DNA from: an uncultured virus (IMG/VR IMGVR_UViG_3300045961_000160)
Lineage: Duplodnaviria; Heunggongvirae; Uroviricota; Caudoviricetes
Length of the DNA stretch: 64,000 bases
Direction: 5' to 3' (one strand)
IMG/VR virus record: IMGVR_UViG_3300045961_000160
Shown: piece by piece, positions 31,101 through 38,078 of the stretch
Position numbering within the stretch: position 1 is the first letter of the stretch
Layout: each line of letters opens with the position of its first letter
Program-made: the position numbers and the translations under genes
Notes under the pieces: model-generated
Seen by the model: the letters and a program-made list of their open reading frames with translations, nothing else
Told to the model about the DNA's origin: nothing
Databases searched by the model: none

Positions 31101-31699
31101 TGACCAAGTTCAGAAACTCTTTCTAACAATCTAGAAGAGGAACCTACACTCTCCAATTTGTTAAATGCTTTTCCTAATTGTGTAGCAAGCAAACCAGATG
31201 AACCAACATTACCTAAACCTGCAGTAGTTACTGCCAATGCAAGTTCTTCAGCAGCAATGGCTCCAATTATACCCATAGTATAACCAGAAGACAACATTGT
31301 GTTAGACCAAAATTGAGTATAACCACCTCTTGTTGAAGAGTAATTTTGCATCACCTCTTCAAAGTTTTTCCAGTTATCTTTTCCGGCCATTAAGCCAAAA
31401 CCAAATGTATCTTGAAAACCTACACCTGCAAGTTTGGCCATACCATGCCAAGCTCTTTCAACATCTTCACTCCAATGAGTTTTATTGTTGTATAACTTGT
31501 CATTATCTTTAAACGGGTCAAATCCTAACTTACCATATGTTTTTGAATTATAGGTAAGAAATTTATCTGCATTAAGTTGTTTAGCAGATATAACTTCACT
31601 CCCTTTATTAAAAGGGTCATCAAGTATTTTTTGATTTTTAATTGCCGTGTTTGATGCAGCTTGATCAAATAGAGCTTTAGGATCTAACTCATTTGCCAT
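25145..31699 (-). CDS. giant virion cargo/ejection protein with N-terminal hydrophobic segments
   Basis: 2184 aa; G/A-rich hydrophobic stretches (GYTMGIIGAIAAEELALAVTTAGLG; FLSGFLMGGFASPVGGVISI), an EGIQELGQ motif and long coiled coils; immediately upstream of the RNAP. Confidence 0.72.
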   Translation of the reverse strand: MANELDPKALFDQAASNTAIKNQKILDDPFNKGSEVISAKQLNADKFLTYNSKTYGKLGFDPFKDNDKLYNNKTHWSEDVERAWHGMAKLAGVGFQDTFGFGLMAGKDNWKNFEEVMQNYSSTRGGYTQFWSNTMLSSGYTMGIIGAIAAEELALAVTTAGLGNVGSSGLLATQLGKAFNKLESVGSSSRLLERVSELGHIDDAAKWYSLKNLGKTAIKGLNPVGESMDFLSNLNKMDNLNSWQKLATGAGAVARDARKMYMTHSESNLEAEMARNEFVDKKIEEAYKANGGQALSDFDVARIQKDGDNVFKSTYNGNLGLIYATNAVTFDNMFKSMRFNAKMFDLPKNVFKIGLSDAGKVTASVNKDFFKTSLKQIAKTPIVFAKKKLNEVTVGSAIKASLSSSMEGIQELGQDVISNSVKSYYGRNHTGQQVRGGYLDYLYNDVGNAIKGVANGEGVSTFLSGFLMGGFASPVGGVISIAQNELLGGGARNKAEYLFQREKWAQNQKTKYKEALAKAKILSEVFDANLNYTEHASQPMFTQAELQEEILTAAQNGDKKKFEDAKHESLQNGIRTMLKNNVEGEFADMLDEMSTKYTPEQLNQALGRTDITVENLSEHQTTLANKAKDIRSYRKLYDEIEDKLVNPVKKSELDQLNITDPEQRKRKLELLIKQASFNNLKNELLFSKGKILNKAQRMEELVKVLNKDSALTTTEVQSLISASGLESEMKLLKIAVEANKNLNLTGENAEGAKETEAKLEALTAYKEAFDNLEKVQNDENATGVELEDAHNDLFEAYHNYRKVSSKEYSAGVSEDVARSKSKESFDVLADYLTLGKEHEKLQDVVNTLLDPNSAAQWLVKNQEMLTKLDKNKEEHIANQLIAYTQKAESSIMLTELQKNNLFFDLNELDDLVDKGIMPSVIYNVETGKPVSGEELKLAQQIIGSFYSRLTGKTIVGSKAAKTDKQSARAKDDKRTTKGLIRQYNLKSKMDQVIDLSDPVVFDKFMRLLESSDKLTFIEREILNIVSDSAPKIMFTESGELPISVNEDGVYVIDIRYAGADYKNAAVSFETLVLSALTQHKASESLKDNAKVRAEVETLMQQAKEAFAQSYKGAEAMQMFLDPAVFLTEALNNTAVQTFLMGVTDTTSPTKKSVWSSLISKLTMLFKKSFDQTLLQRAVDLAKITLDQETIDNIAEPAVETEDVPLSQEVGPLEELEPVLEQEDVEVDEDEVDKASKLQNEILEKTNLLNAIDAQLSTLGKLNFRKRIKLNNKRLALMDDINRLQEEYDTQYSFDDTLGADPEEAQAVVDVVETEVVRDDENKVVVTDKTPFELLPFDLQEILIKYFRQSASINELEELKGYFKKQIAQLEANFMAAQPDVNGKVNLPVKEKWDADFVKLNEDLGRNFKAKVLSGKIVIESAVRTGDPTAEEIEAIQKEMATNSEYTDLIIRYNREKEDVDVYVEPVVELDEETIRQMNATEIERAKALAQDRIQQQKEEARARRRARRASIVPLSQMERESVVELLKKVLKDDYAVLSDAEVKKLVGMLMSDSKLSPFKIPDVIAYVNEKKLKGVKIANSQLANEISDNAYEQLDIFDSMYYGNIETMLDNVANGKRMIAEYKGKEVLLKLSKTELDLLLVHHPNLFRAEDNKSLYSALYLQKKIIDSSAKGYRTSPLNTESPEALENSIIDLFLKVQKMGMLFPSTVKALNNNFIKAGSKLTIVKSKSGINGIYTLEARDRKLNAQPVTKYKSDLEVINNYFGEEQPGELFAKALIAKWFAASKNNRLNPDFITRNLVRGQGEINIKKNLLSNKSKIRTSDGFADLINQDYKELLGEDFNWVEVINDVINQYSSLKEMMAGIASEIKQATNQTDENYDEYEEREKYEAEQAKKEQEESALDWANFINSGYSADYFESMAEYYNSLEYKIENGLISLKDLYNMTLTDTQQKIFDKAVEDGLYDTNDPEFANDQANDDYEDGFEAFEETLEQNKRAEANTTKRFNEVIDLGLFNSMDSFEMVARLKSLLNDSKNFDDLALFLGMYDYVNRYSIFTEKQKALLNDLMERKLNQGMYVGKSVVLNDMALQIEGYNKTDKTVDLVDLSTGELFTVPYSEFLNAQDVLLPGQEFTKLNVDTVVNDQEIDYIKTTYQDIFNNFTVSTLEFDKLDNAEIDNRILEQLTKCK

Positions 31700-33893
31700 T
31701 GTTCATGTTTTTTAATCTTGTAAAATCTTGCATTAAATCATTGAATTGCTTTGTAGCTACATTAATATCTACGTCACCTATAGGAAGAGTGTATTCCTCC
31801 AACTCACCATTTCTGTTTTTAAATTTCCAAGATGCTGTTTTAATACCATTAACATCATAAATAATAGCATTTGAGTAAACACCATCTAAATCCGGAAGCT
31901 TTCTTTTTCCAAGTTGCTGGAAACGATATTCAGATGTACTCATGAATGTATTTACAAACATTGGTTCTTTGGCTTTTTGTAACAAAGAGTTTGGAGCAAT
32001 CATTGTCATTGATTTACCAGTTTCATTGTTTTTAAAAATGTAAGCTCCATGGTAATCCAATGATGCATTTTTTACATATGTAATTTGAATGTCATCATTT
32101 TTGGCACCTTTAAAGAAATCTTTAAACACTTCTGGGTTGTTTTCCTGCATACCTCTTAAATCATCACGGGTAGCATTTCTATACTTTCCTTGCTTAGTGT
32201 TAAAATCATTCAGCAATGTAATGTTTTCTGTATCAATAGTACCATCAGATTGACGCATGATATTAAACAGAATGTTAGCATTTTCAGCTTTTTTACCTTC
32301 AGTGTTTTTGAGGTATCCATTTTTATCTAATGACATATCAACAGACCTATAACTAAGATTGTGATCTGCAGTGTTACCAAATTGAACAACTTTAGCATGT
32401 CCTTTAATTTGTTTGTCAAATCTAAGATCGCTAAATTTTGCTTTAAACTCTTTTACTGCATCATTGTAAACACCTCTCATTAATTTATTAAAAGCACCTC
32501 TGTCACCAATTTTATATATTGATTCATATGCGGTGTAAGGAACATTTTCAATGCGTTTTCCAGGAGCAGTTACAATTGCTCTATTACTAACCCCAGAATA
32601 AAAACTATTATTTTTTTCAAAAATTTTAGCAAGAGTTGGAAGTGATCCGTCAGAATTTAATGCACCTAGTGTATTATTTCTTTCATCATATCCTGCCTTT
32701 TTTAAAAATGAATCAAAATCTAAAATGTTTCCATTTTGATCTAATAAATTATTAAATACATCAGACTTACTTGCAATTTTTGATTTAATTGTAGCTTGTT
32801 TTAACGCCTCAACTCTCCAATCTTTTTCTGCAGTTTTGTATTCTTTAAACTCATTTAATAAACCATCCACATCATCTAATTTATCCGCCATTTTTTCAAT
32901 ACCTGAAAAGTATTTTTTGTTGGAACCTAAACTTTCTTTGTGTCTAGTGTAAATATAATTAGATCCATAAAAACCTAAATTTTTGGCCATGTTTGCAATT
33001 ACATTTTCATCACCATTAGTAAATGATTTAATCACATCCATTTTACTTGGAAAGCCTTTTGTTTTCCAAAGTTGTTTAAGAATTTTATCAGCATCTTTTT
33101 TATTTTGAGCATCTACACTGGCATTACCAGTAGTTGTGCCATATTTTTGAACATGCGTCAAAATGTCTACAGTTAATGCATAAGTTTTTGTACGGTTGTC
33201 TGGATCAAATTTTCCTGCAGATCTATCATCCGCATTAAGCAATCTTGTTGCATTAGTGGTCCAAGTAGAAACAATAGGGTTAATTTTATTTCTTAACTCT
33301 TTTGTCATTAAATCACCATACCCTTTTAATTGAGTATAACCTGCCATTCTATTTACACCACCAGAACCTGCTCCAGTTTGTGTAGTTCCTTGTTGTTCAA
33401 TAATTGGAACTTGAGATTTTTTTTCAAATGTCTTGCGGTCATAAATATTTTTAGTTTCAGGATCATAAACAAATCCTTTTTTCTTTTGATATGCTAATGC
33501 ATTAGCCAATTCATTATCTGCTTTTGCTGCATTCAAAAAATACCTTGATGCTAAATCATTATCAAAACCTCCAGTTTTAAGTTTACCAACTTCATTCATA
33601 GCTGCCCATGAACTATTTTTTAATGCTTTAACTAGCTGTTTAATTTGAGGATCCGCATCAGATGAAAGAAGTTTATCATATCTTCCATTGATGGCTTTCA
33701 TCATGTGCAATGAGTTACTATAATTGATGTCCTTATCCAATTTCAATTCATCAATTAACGGTTGAAATTGTTTATTCCAAGTTGTTTCGGTTCCTTTAGA
33801 AGGAGTCATGCTTGGTGTGCCTTTATCTACTTTAGATGGTGTAGTACTAACGCCTGCTCTTTGCTGAGCTGCGGCTACTAAATCAAAACCCAT
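31689..33893 (-). CDS. putative virion cargo protein
   Basis: 734 aa, no Cys seen, in the cargo block between muzzle and RNAP. Confidence 0.6.
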   Translation of the reverse strand: MGFDLVAAAQQRAGVSTTPSKVDKGTPSMTPSKGTETTWNKQFQPLIDELKLDKDINYSNSLHMMKAINGRYDKLLSSDADPQIKQLVKALKNSSWAAMNEVGKLKTGGFDNDLASRYFLNAAKADNELANALAYQKKKGFVYDPETKNIYDRKTFEKKSQVPIIEQQGTTQTGAGSGGVNRMAGYTQLKGYGDLMTKELRNKINPIVSTWTTNATRLLNADDRSAGKFDPDNRTKTYALTVDILTHVQKYGTTTGNASVDAQNKKDADKILKQLWKTKGFPSKMDVIKSFTNGDENVIANMAKNLGFYGSNYIYTRHKESLGSNKKYFSGIEKMADKLDDVDGLLNEFKEYKTAEKDWRVEALKQATIKSKIASKSDVFNNLLDQNGNILDFDSFLKKAGYDERNNTLGALNSDGSLPTLAKIFEKNNSFYSGVSNRAIVTAPGKRIENVPYTAYESIYKIGDRGAFNKLMRGVYNDAVKEFKAKFSDLRFDKQIKGHAKVVQFGNTADHNLSYRSVDMSLDKNGYLKNTEGKKAENANILFNIMRQSDGTIDTENITLLNDFNTKQGKYRNATRDDLRGMQENNPEVFKDFFKGAKNDDIQITYVKNASLDYHGAYIFKNNETGKSMTMIAPNSLLQKAKEPMFVNTFMSTSEYRFQQLGKRKLPDLDGVYSNAIIYDVNGIKTASWKFKNRNGELEEYTLPIGDVDINVATKQFNDLMQDFTRLKNMNNGK

Positions 33894-33905
33894 GATTTTT
33901 TATTT

Positions 33906-35654
33906 TTAATTAATTAAATTTAATTCCTGCAATTGATAATAAATAGGTTTGTCTTTTTTAATTTGAGATAAACCATTAGCCCACATTACTTCAGTAACAC
34001 CTTTCTTGCGTTTTTCCCAGAATCTATCAGAAACAGCTTGACCAACACTAGCTGGTACATCATCTGAATTAAGATCATTTAATGATAAAACATCAGTGTA
34101 TTTTGGAGATAAACCTGCTTTAATTGCTAATTTATTAGATTCATTTTTAGCAGAAATTTTAGCATCAATTTCTTTTTGTAAAATTGCTTGGTATTTTGAT
34201 TTTAATTTAGGATCAGCATTATCTGCCCATGTAATTTCACCATTTTTAATAGTTACATCATCTGGATACTGTTGTTTAAATTTAAGAGCAGCTGAAACTT
34301 TTGGATTCATATTTTCTACTTCCAAATTTTTATTTTCAAAAGCTACTTGATCTTTAATTTTGGTACCTCCAGCATTAATCTTATCATTGTAAAGACCATT
34401 GTCAAGTTTCCATTTTTCTTTAGCCATGTCGTTGTTAAACTTCATTTGCTCTAGAGAAACATCATAAGCATGTTGCTGAGCCATCTTAGCAAAGTCATCA
34501 GCCTCCATTGTAACTTCGGCATCTTTAAAAGCAAGAGTTCTTGCAGCTTTATCAATATCATTAGTAAAGTATTCAAATGCAGCCCTTGAATCATTGATGT
34601 CTCCTAAAGTTCTAAGTGCTGCAGCATTAGTTGCATTTTCATTTGCTTTAGTGAGCATGTCGGTATATTGCTTAGCACTTTCAGCTCCTTGGATTAATTC
34701 AGGTAAACCCATAAGTTGCTCATACTCTTGAGAACCTTTTTTTACACGCCCTGCTTCATATTCACCTTTAAGGTATTCATACTTTTCAGTCAATTGTCCG
34801 TAATCAACATCAAGATCATCTGCGGCTTTTTCTAACTTAGCTTGAACTATATCATTCTTAGCTTTAAAATACCCAACAGAAGCTGCATTTTCATCAGCAA
34901 ATTCACCTAAACTAATTTTATTGTAGACCCAATCTTTACGGTCTACATAAGCTTTAGCTTGATACATTTGAGCAAACTGTGGATTTTGACCAATAGTTTG
35001 ATTAAATAATTGTGTTAATGGAGAAATTAATTGCTGTCCGTTTTTTGTAGTAAAAATGTAATTGCCTTTAAGCTCATCATACTTCATACTAAGACCTGCA
35101 TCCTTTGCAATCTTAATAGCTTTATCCATTACATTATTGTAAGGAATGTATGTTGGGCTAGACATTCCCATAGCTTCAGAAGCACTGGCATTTTTAAATT
35201 CTTGGCGTTTGTATGCCATGTACTTATCACCTTCTTCCCACCATTGGCCTCCGCATTTTTCCGGATCAATGCAATTTTTAAAACCTTCGCCTCTTGCAAG
35301 TTGACTGTTAAAATCACGAGTCCAAACCATATCTTTTACAATATTCTTATTGTCATAAATAGATTGGAAAACACTAGCAGCCGCATCAACATTTTGATCT
35401 AATGAGAAATCTAAACTTCCCATTCTTTTAATATCATCATTGATTATCTTAAAAAATTCATCTCTAGCCTGAATGTTATCAGTTCTAGTCATAGCTGAAT
35501 TTAAAAGTGAACCATATAGCTCACTTACCTTCTTATGGTTAGCATCATACTTTGCTTGTTTAGTTTGCAAAATTTGAGCATCAAAGGCCAGATTAGGAGC
35601 TGAAGGTTGCACCTGGGATACATAATCATTTGCGCCTTGAAGATATGTTGCCAT
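33906..35654 (-). CDS. putative virion cargo protein (helical)
   Basis: 582 aa, helical-looking; position in the cargo block. Confidence 0.6.
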   Translation of the reverse strand: MATYLQGANDYVSQVQPSAPNLAFDAQILQTKQAKYDANHKKVSELYGSLLNSAMTRTDNIQARDEFFKIINDDIKRMGSLDFSLDQNVDAAASVFQSIYDNKNIVKDMVWTRDFNSQLARGEGFKNCIDPEKCGGQWWEEGDKYMAYKRQEFKNASASEAMGMSSPTYIPYNNVMDKAIKIAKDAGLSMKYDELKGNYIFTTKNGQQLISPLTQLFNQTIGQNPQFAQMYQAKAYVDRKDWVYNKISLGEFADENAASVGYFKAKNDIVQAKLEKAADDLDVDYGQLTEKYEYLKGEYEAGRVKKGSQEYEQLMGLPELIQGAESAKQYTDMLTKANENATNAAALRTLGDINDSRAAFEYFTNDIDKAARTLAFKDAEVTMEADDFAKMAQQHAYDVSLEQMKFNNDMAKEKWKLDNGLYNDKINAGGTKIKDQVAFENKNLEVENMNPKVSAALKFKQQYPDDVTIKNGEITWADNADPKLKSKYQAILQKEIDAKISAKNESNKLAIKAGLSPKYTDVLSLNDLNSDDVPASVGQAVSDRFWEKRKKGVTEVMWANGLSQIKKDKPIYYQLQELNLIN

Positions 35655-35675
35655 ATTAAATTTTTATTGTAAATG

Positions 35676-35683
35676 TAAATATA
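35676..35683 (-). promoter_or_regulatory. possible variant late-promoter motif TATATTTA
   Basis: Lies in a 49-bp intergenic gap upstream of 35654 and resembles the TATATT motif family. Confidence 0.35.
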
Positions 35684-35703
35684 AAATGCTAAACAAAAAT
35701 TAG

Positions 35704-38076
35704 TTATGCCTGTGTACTAGATGCAGTCAACTCACTAGGTGGAGTAGTTCCATTATCCGGTTCAATTTGATATTTTCCAGACTTATATGCTAAGAAAAGT
35801 TTAGCTTGCAAATCAGGATTTACATTTGGCAGTTTAGTAGCAAAATCTTGAAACTCTTGGGCCACATCTGTATCAGTTGCTTTCTTAGGTGTGATTGCTC
35901 TATCATTTGCTTTGTAAACAATACCAGTTAATGGATCCTTTTTAAAGTTCTCAGAGTTAAGATTTAAGTTGTAAATATCAGAAGCATTAGTTAATGCTTG
36001 ATTTGTAAGGTTTACAATTTTATCTTTTGCAGCTGAAATAGCATTATGGAAGTTTTGTTTTAACAATGTATTTTTATCCCACATATTGGTTGCATTCTGA
36101 GCTTCTTGTTGTGCTCTTAGATTTGCAATCTGAGTGTTATATTGTTCTCCTGAATTAAACACACCTACGTTCTTATCAGCATAGTCACTAATAGCATTGG
36201 CAACATTAGCATATGCTTGACCTGTAAGAGCAAGTGCATCAGCTCCTGCAGCTTGTGCATTGCCAAACGCTCTTACTCCTTGCATTCCTTGATTCAATTG
36301 CTCATTTGCTGCTGCAATTGTTCTTTCTGGAGAAAAATATGCTCTGTCCGGCATAACAGCAGCAGCTGTTTTTGACCATGCTTCTAATCTAGGAATTTCA
36401 AAACGCGCTGCAGTAGCTCTATTTAGTGCATTTAAATCTTGTTGTCTGTAACCAAATGGTTGATTCAATGGAGTTGTTGGACCCAATTCTTTTGCAGGAG
36501 GAGTAACTACCGGTTTTTCTTCTGGTGGTAATTTGCCTTCTTGTTCAAATTCTGGGTTAGCTGTAAATCCAAATGCATCAAAGTGTTCAAATCCGGATAA
36601 TTGTTCATTACCAATTGCAGGACGGTATCCACTTTCTGCTAATTTAGATTCTACTCCTTTAGTAACTGCAGCATAATTTTTTTTGTAAAAATCAGCAGCC
36701 ATTAACTCATCATCTGTTTTAGGTAGCGGAACACCTAAGAAAGTAACATACTCTTTTCTAAGTTCTTTTACTTTGTTTGGATCCGCATATGTATCATCTA
36801 CAAGTTTAAAAGCTTCATCATCTGTCATGCCAGCACCTCTAGACTTTTCAAACAAGTATCGTTTTTCATAGTCTTCAGGTGTAAAACCTGCAACAAATGA
36901 TCCACTACCTTGCCATTTGCCATCTTTAGCACCACTATAATCAGTTGTACCACGCTGCAATACAATTTTGTATTTATCAGTACCAAATTCTTTACCGGAT
37001 TGATTAATTACACGGCTAAGAATAATGCGCTCTTTAAATCCAGGATTAAAACTTCCTTGGATTCTAATCTTGTTTGTATTTTTATCAAGAATAATTGTAC
37101 CATCTTTAATTCCTTTATCAATAATAGCATTAGCTGCATCGGCATCAGCTTTATTTTTAGGATCTTGTGCAATCCAATTACCAATTGGTCCTGTACTTGT
37201 TTTAGTATCTGCTGTAAGATTAGGATTTACATTTACCTTAGTAACCTTTCTATAGGTACCATCTTCTTGTTTAACAAACTCGCCAACTTTAAAAGTTTTA
37301 CCAGATGAGATAACAGCATCTTTAGGAAGATCTTCAGGCTTATAAACTTTACCTCCTCCATCATAACGTGGTAGTTCACCACCAAATGCCATAGAAGGAA
37401 ACTCCATAGGAGCTACATAGTTTTTAACTAATCCACCAAAAGCAGCAGCAACTGCTGTATTTGCTTTGTCAGCTTCTTGCTGATTCATTGCAAACATTTC
37501 TTCCGGTTTAACTCCTAATTTATCAAAGAACGCCTCTGTACCATTTGGTAAACCATCTTTAAATCCTTTTTTAGATTCTTGTAATAGTTTTAAAGCTGCA
37601 ATTTTAAATGCAGTGTTATCCATTGTCATTTCTGCTGAACGCTTTGCAACATCATCTGAATCTGGGTTAATTAAAATTGCTTTAGAATCATTTACTCTCT
37701 TCATGAAAGTTTTTGATATGTCAGCAAATGTCATTGGTTTGCTAGACTTAATACCAAAGTAATCCAAAAGAGCTGGATCCTTGACAGTCATTCTTTTATT
37801 ATCAGAAAAAATAAAAGAACTACCATCGGAATCTTTTTCCTCTGTAGGAAGAGCCAATGGTGTTCCTCCCTCGCTGTGTTTTTTACCACTGATTCCATAC
37901 ATCTCAAAGATGTTATTTAATCCGCGGCTCATATTAGTTACAACTGTTTCACCTTTTTCAGCTTCTACATTTGCAATTTTTCTCTTTACAGGGCCAAGTG
38001 TTCTTGTAACAGCAGGTGTCTTAACAACATTCATGCTTGAAGGAAAACCAGTAATTATATATTTAGAATTACCCAT
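35704..38076 (-). CDS. putative virion cargo protein (crAss-like 'E.EKGE...G..H..GG' family)
   Basis: ANVEAEKGETVV...GKKHSEGGTPL...FIFSD resembles crAss-like internal proteins; AFGG motifs; A/N/Q-rich C-terminal half. Confidence 0.65.
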   Translation of the reverse strand: MGNSKYIITGFPSSMNVVKTPAVTRTLGPVKRKIANVEAEKGETVVTNMSRGLNNIFEMYGISGKKHSEGGTPLALPTEEKDSDGSSFIFSDNKRMTVKDPALLDYFGIKSSKPMTFADISKTFMKRVNDSKAILINPDSDDVAKRSAEMTMDNTAFKIAALKLLQESKKGFKDGLPNGTEAFFDKLGVKPEEMFAMNQQEADKANTAVAAAFGGLVKNYVAPMEFPSMAFGGELPRYDGGGKVYKPEDLPKDAVISSGKTFKVGEFVKQEDGTYRKVTKVNVNPNLTADTKTSTGPIGNWIAQDPKNKADADAANAIIDKGIKDGTIILDKNTNKIRIQGSFNPGFKERIILSRVINQSGKEFGTDKYKIVLQRGTTDYSGAKDGKWQGSGSFVAGFTPEDYEKRYLFEKSRGAGMTDDEAFKLVDDTYADPNKVKELRKEYVTFLGVPLPKTDDELMAADFYKKNYAAVTKGVESKLAESGYRPAIGNEQLSGFEHFDAFGFTANPEFEQEGKLPPEEKPVVTPPAKELGPTTPLNQPFGYRQQDLNALNRATAARFEIPRLEAWSKTAAAVMPDRAYFSPERTIAAANEQLNQGMQGVRAFGNAQAAGADALALTGQAYANVANAISDYADKNVGVFNSGEQYNTQIANLRAQQEAQNATNMWDKNTLLKQNFHNAISAAKDKIVNLTNQALTNASDIYNLNLNSENFKKDPLTGIVYKANDRAITPKKATDTDVAQEFQDFATKLPNVNPDLQAKLFLAYKSGKYQIEPDNGTTPPSELTASSTQA

Positions 38077-38078
38077 AC